Assembly (NCBI GenBank): GCA_965221775.1
Contig: CBDCSU010000006.1
Coordinates: forward strand, 1,696,001 to 1,760,000
Reading direction: 5' to 3'
Source of the DNA: Candidatus Latescibacterota bacterium
Lineage (GTDB): Bacteria > Latescibacterota > UBA2968 > UBA8231
Length of the DNA: 64,000 nt
Shown here: piece after piece, positions 33,596 to 42,669 of the stretch
How the letters are laid out: every line of letters starts with the position of its first letter
Numbering within the stretch: the stretch's first letter is position 1
Translations under genes and position numbers: made by a program
Notes under the pieces: model-generated
Seen by the model: only the letters and a program-made list of their open reading frames with translations
The model's database searches: none
Told to the model about the DNA's origin: nothing

Positions 33596-34770
33596 GACGG
33601 CGGCCGGAACAGGGCGAAGGAGCTGGTGTAACCGTGGAGGTAGGTCGTATCGCCGACCGGGCCGATCTCTCCGCCGCAGAAGAACCCGCCCAGGGGGATC
33701 TGTCCGAGGGACTCCTCGAGGCGGCCGCTGTCGTGGCCGGGCCGCCCGAAGAAGCGGTGGCCGCGGCCCGTGCAGGTGAACAGCAGCCCGCCGGCGGGGG
33801 CGGCCTCCGGCTGCCGGCGGCGGTAGCGCGCCAGGAGCTGGTCCAGGTCTTGGGTGGCCGCTGCCGCGTCGCGCACGTGGAACTGCACCGTCTGCCCACT
33901 GCTGAGCCGGTCGCCGACGGCGATCACGCCCTTCTCGTGGTCGAGCTGGAGGACGTTGCGGATCAGGAAGTCACCGGCCCCCAGCTCCTGCTTCAGGCCG
34001 GTGGAGGCCACGCCGATGTGCAGGGAGGTCTGCATCCGCTCCTGGTCCTCGGCGCCGGCCTCGTGGTAGATCTCGACGAGGCGCTCCACCGCGGGCCGGC
34101 CGTCGAGGGCTTCCAGGAAGTAGCCGCTGCAGCCGGTCACCGTCATCGGCGGACCGATGGCGCGGCACCCCTGGGCGACGATGGTGTCCACCTCGACCCC
34201 GCCCTGGAGAGCGACGCCGACACAGCCCCCGGTGACGATGCGGCCGTCGAGGATCAACCGGTTCTCCTGAAGGACGGAGGCGAGCCCGCCGATCTTCGCC
34301 GACCCCGGATAGGCGAAGTCGAGGCCCATGAGCAGCGGTCTCGGGTCGAGAGGAGAGGGGCCGGTGGGATCGGCGAGCAGCAGGAACTGGGGCGGCGGCT
34401 CCGGGGCGACACCGAGGGCCTCGTGCCAGCGGTCCGGCCCGGCGTCCGGGTCCGGGAGATCACCGGCCTCCAGGTGGAAGGGGGTCATCGCGGTGCCGGG
34501 CAGGACGGCGGCGGTGGCCGCCAGACAGGCTCGGTCCTCGACCTCACGGCCGCCACCGATCACCCCCGTGGCCGTGCAGCCGAGCATCCTCGCCGGCCCC
34601 GGGTCCTCCACCAGGCCCGGGAGATCCTCGATCTGGTCCTGGTAGTGGGGGGTGAGGAACAGCAGCAGCAGGTCGGGAGGCCATCCGAGGCCGGAGGCGA
34701 GGTCGCCCCGGACCTGGGCGAAGGCCTCGGCCAGGTCCGCCTCGAAGGAGGCGCTCGTTGCCCACTTCAT
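33592..34770 (-). CDS. FIST signal-sensing domain protein
   Basis: LLADP, GGLAS, VAQGCRAIG, FTCTGRG, GFFCGGEIGP, LHGYT; start uncertain. Confidence 0.9.
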   Translation of the reverse strand: MKWATSASFEADLAEAFAQVRGDLASGLGWPPDLLLLFLTPHYQDQIEDLPGLVEDPGPARMLGCTATGVIGGGREVEDRACLAATAAVLPGTAMTPFHLEAGDLPDPDAGPDRWHEALGVAPEPPPQFLLLADPTGPSPLDPRPLLMGLDFAYPGSAKIGGLASVLQENRLILDGRIVTGGCVGVALQGGVEVDTIVAQGCRAIGPPMTVTGCSGYFLEALDGRPAVERLVEIYHEAGAEDQERMQTSLHIGVASTGLKQELGAGDFLIRNVLQLDHEKGVIAVGDRLSSGQTVQFHVRDAAAATQDLDQLLARYRRRQPEAAPAGGLLFTCTGRGHRFFGRPGHDSGRLEESLGQIPLGGFFCGGEIGPVGDTTYLHGYTSSFALFRPPS

Positions 34771-34820
34771 GAGCCACAAGCTCGACATCGCCCCGGCGGG
34801 GCACAAGAAAGGAGCTGACC

Positions 34821-35582
34821 ATGACCGGCCGACCGTACGTGCTGGCGGAGACGAACTGGAAGGAGGTGGAGACGACCGACTACGAGGTCGTCGTCCTGCC
34901 CTGGGGGGCCACCGAGGCCCACAACTACCACCTGCCCTACGCCACCGACGTGATCCAGTGCGACCACATCGCCGCCGAAGCGGCGAGGCTCGCCTGGGAG
35001 AGGGACGCCAAGGTCGTGGTGCTGCCCACGGTGCCCTTCGGGGTCAACACCGGACAGATCGACGTCAAGCTCGACATCAACATGAACCCCTCCACCCAGC
35101 TGGCGGTGCTGACCGACGTCTGCGACGTCCTCGAGCATCAGGGCATCCCCAAGCTGGTGATCCTCAACGGGCACGGGGCCAACGACTTCCGGCAGATGGT
35201 CCGGGAGCTGTGGCCGCGCTACGAGATGTTCCTGTGCACCCTCGACTGGTACCGCTGGATCGACGCCGACCTCTTCGAGGAGCCCGGGGACCACGCCGGC
35301 GAGATGGAGACGAGCCTGATCCAGCACCTGGCTCCCGACCTTATGCGGCCACTGTCCGAGGCCGGCGACGGCCACGAGCGGGTCTTCAGGGTCGAGGCCC
35401 TGCGCCGCGGCCTGGCCTGGACCCAGCGCGACTGGATCGAGGCCACCGCCGACACCGGGGTGGGGGATCCGGCTCCAGCGACGCCGGAGAAGGGGCGGCG
35501 CTGCTTCGAGCAGTTGACGGGCCGCATCGCCGACTTCCTCGTGGAGCTGGCCGCCGCGGACCCGGCCGACCTCTACGAGTAG
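34821..35582 (+). CDS. Creatininase family protein
   Basis: PWGATEAHNYHLPYATD, NGHG, DHAGEMETS. Confidence 0.92.
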   Translation: MTGRPYVLAETNWKEVETTDYEVVVLPWGATEAHNYHLPYATDVIQCDHIAAEAARLAWERDAKVVVLPTVPFGVNTGQIDVKLDINMNPSTQLAVLTDVCDVLEHQGIPKLVILNGHGANDFRQMVRELWPRYEMFLCTLDWYRWIDADLFEEPGDHAGEMETSLIQHLAPDLMRPLSEAGDGHERVFRVEALRRGLAWTQRDWIEATADTGVGDPAPATPEKGRRCFEQLTGRIADFLVELAAADPADLYE

Positions 35583-35614
35583 ACGCCACCGGACCCTCAC
35601 AAGGAGAATCGAGC

Positions 35615-36400
35615 ATGCCTGCATTCGACGGCCGCAGCGTCATCGTCACGGGGGGAGCCAAGGGGATCGGCCGCGCCATCTGCGCCGCCTTTGCGCGCGA
35701 CGGGGCGCGGGTCCTGTGCGCCGACGTGGACGCCGACGCCGGGCAGGCGCTGGAGGCGGACCCGGCCGGCGCCGGGCGGATCCACTTTCGGGAAGCCGAC
35801 GTGGCCCTGGCTGATGCCTGTGAAGGCCTGGCCCGCTTCGCGGTGGAGGAGTGGGGGGGCATCGACGTGGTCTGCAACAACGTCGGCATCCAGCCCATCG
35901 CCAGCTACCGCCCCGCCCACGAGCTGAGCGAGGAGCAGTGGGACCGCATCCTCGACGTGAATCTCAAGTCCTGCTTCCTGATGACGCGGGTCTGCGTGCC
36001 GCCCATGATCGCCGCTGGCGGCGGCGTCATCATCAACACCGCCAGCGTCCAGGGGCTGCAGTCGGCCAGGGGGGTCTCCGCCTACGCCGCCAGCAAGGGC
36101 GGCATCCTCTCCCTCACGCGGCAGCTGGCGCTGGACTACGCCGAGCACGGGATCCGCGTCCTCGCCGTCAACCCGGGCACCATCGACACGCCCCTCGTGG
36201 ACGAGGCCGTGGCCGCGGCCGGCGGCGACGAGGCGGAGATGCGGGCCTCCATGGCCGCCGCCCACCCCCTGGGCCGCACCGGCCGCCCGGAGGAGATCGC
36301 CGAGGCGGTCCTCTTCCTGGCCAGCGACCGGGCCTCCTTCATGACCGGCGAGAGCGTCTGCGTCGACGGCGGCCTGATGGCGTTGGGCGCCTGGGCCTGA
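35615..36400 (+). CDS. SDR family oxidoreductase
   Basis: TGGAKGIG, YAASK, PGTIDT, VDGG. Confidence 0.93.
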   Translation: MPAFDGRSVIVTGGAKGIGRAICAAFARDGARVLCADVDADAGQALEADPAGAGRIHFREADVALADACEGLARFAVEEWGGIDVVCNNVGIQPIASYRPAHELSEEQWDRILDVNLKSCFLMTRVCVPPMIAAGGGVIINTASVQGLQSARGVSAYAASKGGILSLTRQLALDYAEHGIRVLAVNPGTIDTPLVDEAVAAAGGDEAEMRASMAAAHPLGRTGRPEEIAEAVLFLASDRASFMTGESVCVDGGLMALGAWA

Positions 36401-36404
36401 AGCT

Positions 36405-37016
36405 TCAGGACGAGGACGCGCCCAGGATCCTGGCGCGCAGCTCGTCGAGGGGGAAGGCGGGGCCGGGGTCGTCCTTGCGGTCCGGCGCGATCTCCTCGTG
36501 GCCGAGGATCCAGCGCAGGCCGTACTCGGCGACGAGCAGGGCGCTCAGGGCCTCCACCACCTCCAGTTGCTGGCGCGGATAGCGCAGCCACCAGGCCGGC
36601 TCCGACTCGTTGCGATGCACGGCGCGCACCGCCTCCTCGGGACTGAAGAGCCGGCCGAGGCGGCTGACCAGCACCCCCTCTCCGCGCTCTTCCAGCCGGC
36701 CGGAGTTGTCGATCTCGACACCGAGACTCATGCGGTTGAAGGCCTCGCGCCCTCCCCAGGCCGACCGGCCGGCGTGCCAGCCGATGGTGTCGAAGGGCAG
36801 CAGTTGCGTCACCTCGCCGTCGCGGCCCACCACCAGATGCGCGGAGACGCGGCGGCCGGCGGTGGGGTCGCTGAGCACGCGGACAGCGTGGTCGGCGTCG
36901 TCGCAGGCCGTGAAGTGGAGAATCAGGGTGTCGGGCGCGCCGGGTCCGAAGCGGCCCCCCTGGTTCGGGGACGGCACCTGACGGACGCCGGCGAGACGGT
37001 GGTTCTCGATTCGCAT
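36405..37016 (-). CDS. N-acetylmuramoyl-L-alanine amidase (Amidase_2/AmpD-like)
   Basis: SPN, ILHFT, VSAH, WHAGRS, SLGVEI, GHEEIAP.RK.DPG. Confidence 0.9.
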   Translation of the reverse strand: MRIENHRLAGVRQVPSPNQGGRFGPGAPDTLILHFTACDDADHAVRVLSDPTAGRRVSAHLVVGRDGEVTQLLPFDTIGWHAGRSAWGGREAFNRMSLGVEIDNSGRLEERGEGVLVSRLGRLFSPEEAVRAVHRNESEPAWWLRYPRQQLEVVEALSALLVAEYGLRWILGHEEIAPDRKDDPGPAFPLDELRARILGASSS

Positions 37017-37041
37017 TCCACGGCTCATATTACGGAGCCCC

Positions 37042-37629
37042 ATGGCCGCCACAAGCCTCGCCCCTGAAGACCACGAGCTCCGCTTCGAGGCCGAACTGCG
37101 CGGTCACCGTCTCCGTTTCGTGACCACCTGGGGGCTCTTCCACCCTCGCGGCATCGACGCCGGCACCGCCCTGCTCATCGACCGGATCGAGGTGGCTGCC
37201 GACGCTGTATGCTTGGATCTCGGGTGCGGCTGGGGGCCCGTCGGCTGCGCTCTCTCGAAGCTGGCCCCCGAGGGCCGCGTCGACCTCGTGGACAAGGACT
37301 TCGTCGCCGTCGGCTATGCCGGCCGCAACGCCGCGGCCAACGGCTGCGGCAACGCCCGCGTCTATCTGTCCAACGGCTTTCACCACGTCGACGAAGACGC
37401 CCGCTTCGACCTGATCGCCTCCAACCTGCCGGCCAAGGCCGGCTCCGAGCTGCTCGACCACTGGATGGCCGAGGCCTGCCGCCGGCTGCGGCCGGGAGGG
37501 GCCCTGTGGGTGGTCACGGTGGCGGGGCTGAAGGCCTACGTGAAGCGCCTCTTCGGCGAGCGCTTCGGCAACTACCGAAAGGTCGCCCAGGGACGCTCGC
37601 ACGTGGTCGCCGCGGCGGTGCGGGAGTAG
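37042..37629 (+). CDS. Class I SAM methyltransferase (RsmC/MTS-like)
   Basis: GLF..IDAGT, LDLGCGWG, SNLP. Confidence 0.85.
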   Translation: MAATSLAPEDHELRFEAELRGHRLRFVTTWGLFHPRGIDAGTALLIDRIEVAADAVCLDLGCGWGPVGCALSKLAPEGRVDLVDKDFVAVGYAGRNAAANGCGNARVYLSNGFHHVDEDARFDLIASNLPAKAGSELLDHWMAEACRRLRPGGALWVVTVAGLKAYVKRLFGERFGNYRKVAQGRSHVVAAAVRE

Positions 37630-37636
37630 CGGTCCC

Positions 37637-39022
37637 TCAGAGCACCGTCTCGTCCGGGGGCAGGTAGTCGCTGCGCAGGGGGTCCCAGGGCTCTCCGCAG
37701 ATCTCGCTCATCACCCGCCACTCGCCCGAGGTCAGGGTCCCGTGGTGGTGGTAGAGGAAGCGCTCGAGCCCGGAGGCGCCCGCGGCCTCCAGCAGGCGCC
37801 GAAGATCGGCGGCCGACATGGGATCGCCGTCGTGGGGGGCGCGGCCGGAGTCCACCCACGGGCACAGCCGCTGAGCGTCTCCACCGAGAGCGGCCAGGGC
37901 CCGCTCCGTCTCCTGCGTGACCACGAGGTCGTAGAAGTCCGGCGTGAGGGCGCTCTCCATGTCCCCCAACCCCTCGACGCCGGGGAGCACGAGACCGAAG
38001 AGGGCCTCGACGACGGCCAGCCCGTCGCCCTCGCTCAGGCCCGGGTTCCACAGGCACAGGGTCTCCACCCAGCGCGCCACCGTGCCCACGAGCCCGTCGA
38101 AGCCGCGGTGCCAGAAGTAGTGCTTGGGCAGCAGCAGGTCGAGGATGCCGGCGAGGGCGGCGAAGTCGTAGCCGCACAGGGGCGCGAAGGCCGCCGAGCG
38201 CGGACCGACGCCGATCTTCACCGGGCGGGATGCCCCCTGGCGGACGCCGTCGGCGATGCGCCGGAAGTAGCGGGTGAGGGAGTCGCTGCGGAAGCTCATC
38301 CAGGCGGCCAGGTCGGGATCGGCGCCGAGCAGGTGGTAGCCCCCGAGGAACCCCCCCGGCCCGTGGAGGGCCACCTGGCGGGGGTCGAGGTTGTGCAGCC
38401 GCTCGTACAGCCGGTCCCGGGCGGCGCACAGGGCCCCGTAGTCGTAGCCCAGGTCCGTGCACATGGGCTCGGCGCCGGCGGCCAGATCGGTGAAGATCGA
38501 CGAGCGCCCGCCCATGTGGTGGGGGGCGATCTCGTAGCCCCACTCGGGGCCGTCCATGATGGCGCCGTCGGCCTCCGGATAGTGCTCCAGGGTGTCGACG
38601 ATGCGGGCGCTGATGGCGGCCGCGCCGGTCTCGTCGTGGAGGTGGTGCCCCCCGCCTCCGCCCCCGGCGCCGGTCTGGGCCTGGAAGATCCAGACCGAGA
38701 GGCCGCGCTCCTTGGCGGCGCGGAAGGTGTGGGCCAGGCGGGCGCGCGCCTCGGGCATGTCCTCGGGGGCGGCCGGCGCCGGCACGCCGAAGCGCGCGTA
38801 CACCGCCGGGTCGGGATCGTAGGTCAGAGTGGGGGGAGGAGTGCCCGGGGCCGGCTCGATCGAGCGGCCGCGGTCGTGGCCGATGGCCAGCTTGCCGGCG
38901 TGGAACACCAGGGGGCCGATGACGAGCCCTTCCACGCCCCCCGCCTTCCAGGCGTCGAGGATCGGCTCCGGAGCCTCGATCAGGTGCTCCAGGTCCCGCA
39001 TCACGTCCATCCAGATTCTCAT
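37637..39022 (-). CDS. Hypothetical protein (461 aa, possible TIM-barrel enzyme)
   Basis: Long ORF with typical codon usage; DGAIMDGPEWGYE, PKHYFWHRGFDG; ATGA overlap with the upstream gene. Confidence 0.7.
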   Translation of the reverse strand: MRIWMDVMRDLEHLIEAPEPILDAWKAGGVEGLVIGPLVFHAGKLAIGHDRGRSIEPAPGTPPPTLTYDPDPAVYARFGVPAPAAPEDMPEARARLAHTFRAAKERGLSVWIFQAQTGAGGGGGGHHLHDETGAAAISARIVDTLEHYPEADGAIMDGPEWGYEIAPHHMGGRSSIFTDLAAGAEPMCTDLGYDYGALCAARDRLYERLHNLDPRQVALHGPGGFLGGYHLLGADPDLAAWMSFRSDSLTRYFRRIADGVRQGASRPVKIGVGPRSAAFAPLCGYDFAALAGILDLLLPKHYFWHRGFDGLVGTVARWVETLCLWNPGLSEGDGLAVVEALFGLVLPGVEGLGDMESALTPDFYDLVVTQETERALAALGGDAQRLCPWVDSGRAPHDGDPMSAADLRRLLEAAGASGLERFLYHHHGTLTSGEWRVMSEICGEPWDPLRSDYLPPDETVL

Positions 39023-39456
39023 TCCGGGTTCCTCTCTCCTTTGGCCAGCAGGTCGGCGATGGTGACTTCGTCCTTGAGGTCGATCGGCGGCCGGATGCCG
39101 GTGACCTGCTCGATGCGTTCGGCCCAGCTCTGCTCCAGGCGCTGCAGGTAGCGGCCGACGGCCGTCATCTCCTGCCCCTTCTGACTCACCAGGCGCTCGT
39201 AGAGCTGCTCGCCGATCAGCCCCTCGGCGCGGGCCTGCCGGAGCTTCTCCGCGTCCTGCTTCAACTCGTTCAGCCGCCGCACGAGATCCATGACCTCCTG
39301 CTCCAGCTTGTTCAGCATACCGTCGACGTGGATGCCGGCGGCCACGCTCCGGGCCTTCTCGAGGGGATACTCGTGCTCGAAGCGCAAGTGCCCGTTGAGG
39401 CCCCGCAGCGAGACCTGCTTGCCGCATTCCGGGCAGGTTACCTTGATCTCGGCCAT
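39019..39456 (-). CDS. Small protein with C2H2 zinc finger and coiled coil
   Basis: CPECGKQVSLRGLNGHLRFEH followed by a heptad-rich helix. Confidence 0.7.
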   Translation of the reverse strand: MAEIKVTCPECGKQVSLRGLNGHLRFEHEYPLEKARSVAAGIHVDGMLNKLEQEVMDLVRRLNELKQDAEKLRQARAEGLIGEQLYERLVSQKGQEMTAVGRYLQRLEQSWAERIEQVTGIRPPIDLKDEVTIADLLAKGERNPE

Positions 39457-39533
39457 TGGAGGATCTCCCGATCGTTCAGGAATATAGATCGCCTTGACCG
39501 GCGGCGAGATCGCCGGTTAGGTTGCGCCCCGCC

Positions 39534-40559
39534 ATGCGGATCGAACCCCCCTATCTGCTCTTCCTCGGCGATGCCGCCGACCAGCTGGCCGCCAAGACCG
39601 CCGACGGCGTGGCGCGCTGGCGCCCGGACCTGTGCGTTGGCCAGTTGCGCCTGCCGGGGTGCAACGCCGACGTGGGCCAGCCCGACCTGACCCTCGAGCA
39701 GGGACGGCGCGCCGGCGCCCGCACCCTCATCGTGGGCGTGGCCAACCGGGGCGGCGAGATCTCCGACCAGTGGATGGAGACGCTGCTCGCCGCCCTCGAC
39801 CTCGGCTACGACATCGCCAGCGGCCTGCACGACCGGCTGCGCCGGATCCCCCGGCTGGCCGAACGGGCCGACGCCCTCGGGCGCAGCCTCTTCGACGTCC
39901 GCTATCCCGAGGTGGAACTGGAGGTCGGCCACGGGAAGCCGCGCAGCGGGCGCCGCCTGCTCACGGTGGGCACCGACTGCTCCTGCGGCAAGATGTTCAC
40001 GGCCCTGGCCATCGAGCGGGAGCTTTCGAAGCGGGGGCGCAAGGCGACCTTCCGGGCCACCGGGCAGACCGGGATCTTCATCGCCGGCGGCGGCATCGCC
40101 GTGGACGCCGTCATCTCCGACTTCATCGCCGGCGCCACCGAGTCCCTGACCCCGGCCAACGACGACGACCACTGGGACCTGGTGGAGGGCCAGGGGTCGC
40201 TCTTCCACCCTTCCTACGCCGGCGTCTCCCTCGGCCTGCTGCACGGCTCGATGGCGGACGCCCTCGTCCTCTGTCACGAGCCGACACGCCGGCACATGCG
40301 CGGCCTGCCCCACGCACCCCTGCCGACACTACGGGAGTGCATCGCCCTCAACGAGAGCTGCGGCCGCCTCACCAACCCCGCCTGCCGGGTCATCGGCCTG
40401 TCGCTGAACACCTCCTCCCTCGACGGTGCGGCCGCCGAGCGCGCCCTGCGCGCCGCCGAGGACGAGACCGGCCTGCCCGCCGCCGACTCCTGCCGCGGCG
40501 GCGGCGCCGAGAAGCTCGCCGACGCCGTGGATTCGGTGGAGCCCGCCCTTCCGCAATAG
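39534..40559 (+). CDS. dgcN: DUF1611 N-acetyltransferase DgcN
   Basis: PYLLFLGD, AAKTA, VGTDCSCGKM, ATGQTGI, EGQGSLFHPS. Confidence 0.88.
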   Translation: MRIEPPYLLFLGDAADQLAAKTADGVARWRPDLCVGQLRLPGCNADVGQPDLTLEQGRRAGARTLIVGVANRGGEISDQWMETLLAALDLGYDIASGLHDRLRRIPRLAERADALGRSLFDVRYPEVELEVGHGKPRSGRRLLTVGTDCSCGKMFTALAIERELSKRGRKATFRATGQTGIFIAGGGIAVDAVISDFIAGATESLTPANDDDHWDLVEGQGSLFHPSYAGVSLGLLHGSMADALVLCHEPTRRHMRGLPHAPLPTLRECIALNESCGRLTNPACRVIGLSLNTSSLDGAAAERALRAAEDETGLPAADSCRGGGAEKLADAVDSVEPALPQ

Positions 40560-40568
40560 AGGCAGGCC

Positions 40569-41585
40569 GTGCCCGAGTTGACAGTTGTCTCCGAGACCTG
40601 GCCCATGGCCGGGACCTTCACCATCTCCCGCGGCTCGCGGACCCATGTCCAGGTCGTGCTCGTCGAGCTTCGGGACGGCCGCTCGGTGGGGCGCGCGGAG
40701 TGCGTGCCGTACCCCCGCTACGGGGAATCGGTCGATGGTGTGATGGAGCAGGTGCGAGCGGCCGCCGCCGGGATCGAGGGCGGCTGGACGCGCGCCGACC
40801 TGGCGCGGGAGATGCCGCCCGGGGCCGCGCGCAACGCCCTCGACTGCGCCCTGTGGGACCTGGAGGCGGGCCGGCAGGGGACGACCGTTCACGAGCTGGC
40901 CGGCCGCCCGGCACCGGGTCCCCTCACCACCGCCTACACCCTCAGCCTGGCGACGCCGGAGACGATGGGCGCCGCCGCCAGGGCGGAGTCCGGGCGGCCT
41001 CTGCTCAAGCTCAAGCTGGCCGGCGACGGGGGAGACGTGGAGCGGGTTCGGGCGGTCCGGGAGGGGGCGCCGGACTCCCGGCTGATCGTCGACGCCAACG
41101 AGGGATGCTCCGCCGATGGGCTGGCATCCCTGATGAGCGCCCTGGCCGAACTCGGCGTCGACCTGATCGAGCAGCCCCTTCCCGCGGGCGAGGACGCGGC
41201 CCTGGCCGACCTGGAGCACCCGGTGCCGCTGTGCGCCGACGAGTCCTGCCACACCGCCGACGACCTCGGCCGCCTGGCAGACCGCTACGAGGCGGTCAAC
41301 ATCAAGCTCGACAAGACCGGGGGACTGACGGCCGCCCTCGAGCTCGAGGACCGCGCCCGGGCCGAGGACCTGCGGGTCATGGTCGGCTGCATGGTGGGCA
41401 CCTCCCTGGCCATGGCGCCGGCGGTGCTCGCCGCCCAGGGCGCCGACTGGGTCGATCTCGACGGCCCGCTGCTGCTGGCGAGGGACCGCGAGCCGGGCCT
41501 GCGCTACGAGGGCAGCACCGTCGAGCCGGCCGGGCCGGAGCTGTGGGGGTCGGGAGGCCCGCCCATGAGGGGCCCGAGGCGGTGA
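40569..41585 (+). CDS. dgcA: N-acetyl-D-Glu racemase DgcA / L-Ala-D/L-Glu epimerase
   Basis: FTISRGSR, GAARNALDCALWD, KLK, DANE, EQP, ADES, KLDK, DLDG. Confidence 0.88.
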   Translation: MPELTVVSETWPMAGTFTISRGSRTHVQVVLVELRDGRSVGRAECVPYPRYGESVDGVMEQVRAAAAGIEGGWTRADLAREMPPGAARNALDCALWDLEAGRQGTTVHELAGRPAPGPLTTAYTLSLATPETMGAAARAESGRPLLKLKLAGDGGDVERVRAVREGAPDSRLIVDANEGCSADGLASLMSALAELGVDLIEQPLPAGEDAALADLEHPVPLCADESCHTADDLGRLADRYEAVNIKLDKTGGLTAALELEDRARAEDLRVMVGCMVGTSLAMAPAVLAAQGADWVDLDGPLLLARDREPGLRYEGSTVEPAGPELWGSGGPPMRGPRR

Positions 41586-41628
41586 TCCAGCCTCAGGGGC
41601 CAGCTGTCGGCCCCCGGGGACGCCGCCC

Positions 41629-42612
41629 TCACTCCACCCACAAGGCGTTGAGGTAGTCGCCGCTCTCGGCGATGACGGCCGTCGACCGCTCGCCGCCGAG
41701 GCCGTACACGTCGGCCAGATAGTCACCGCCCCTGCCCCGGTGCGTCTTGACCACCACCCGCGCCGGTGCAGTGGCCAGGACCTTCGCCAGCTCCCCCCTG
41801 GGCAAGCTTCCCGCGGGGCCTCGCAGGGAGAGACTGCGGACCATGGAGACGCCCAGACCCAGGTCGATGTGGGTCTCCACCACGCCGGCGGCGGGGGCGC
41901 CCAGCAGCCGCGCGCCGTAGGTGAACAGCCGCGACTCCGCCTGACCCCACTGGCGGCGCAGGGACGGACGGTCCCTGGCGTCCCGGCTCAGTTCGACCAC
42001 CTCCCCGGCGGCCAGCTCCGCGATCAGGCGGCGGCTGCGCTTGCCCACCTTGCCCATCCCGTCGAGGCGGCGCCGCACGCCGAAGCCCAGGTCGAGGGCC
42101 AGCTTCCCCTTCCTGCCGGGGAGGTCGACGATGCGGTAGACCCCCGGGCGTCCGCGCACGGCCACCTGCGACCCCTCTTCCCGTGTCCGCAGTTCCTCCT
42201 GCAGACGGCGCACGCTCCAGCCTCCCTCGGCGGCGCGCTCCATAAGCCGGCGCAACTCGCCGTCGTCGGGCACCGTCACCAGCAGCCGGCAGTGGCTCCA
42301 GGACAGCCGGTCGAGGTGGCAGGTGTCGGAGGGCAGTCTCTGGTACAGCCTGCGGGCCCGGTAGAGCGTCCGCGGCAGGATTCCCAGCTCCCCGGCCAGC
42401 CGCTCCACGGACCGCCCCCCGTATTCGGCACGGCCGGAGATGTGCTCGTTGAGCAGGCGGCCGATCTCCCAGTAGACGCGCGTCGCCTCGCGCGGGGAGG
42501 GGCGCCGGCGCCCGCGGGTGTCGGCGGGAAGCAGGCGGGCGATCGCCGCCTTCAGGTCGCCGAAGGGATCGGGGCGGGCGGCCTCGGTCTCAGCCACGGT
42601 CGATCCCTCCAC
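41629..42612 (-). CDS. DUF1016 N-terminal-like domain fused to a degenerate thermonuclease-like domain
   Basis: YWEIGR..RAEYG..LSWSH..WSVRRL; C-terminal FTYGA...IDLG...LRG...YLADVY...YLN. Confidence 0.65.
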   Translation of the reverse strand: MEGSTVAETEAARPDPFGDLKAAIARLLPADTRGRRRPSPREATRVYWEIGRLLNEHISGRAEYGGRSVERLAGELGILPRTLYRARRLYQRLPSDTCHLDRLSWSHCRLLVTVPDDGELRRLMERAAEGGWSVRRLQEELRTREEGSQVAVRGRPGVYRIVDLPGRKGKLALDLGFGVRRRLDGMGKVGKRSRRLIAELAAGEVVELSRDARDRPSLRRQWGQAESRLFTYGARLLGAPAAGVVETHIDLGLGVSMVRSLSLRGPAGSLPRGELAKVLATAPARVVVKTHRGRGGDYLADVYGLGGERSTAVIAESGDYLNALWVE

Positions 42613-42669
42613 GGCTGATGCACGGCTCGGTGGTAGTCGGTATGCCCGGAGGGTGCTCCACGGCCTGGC

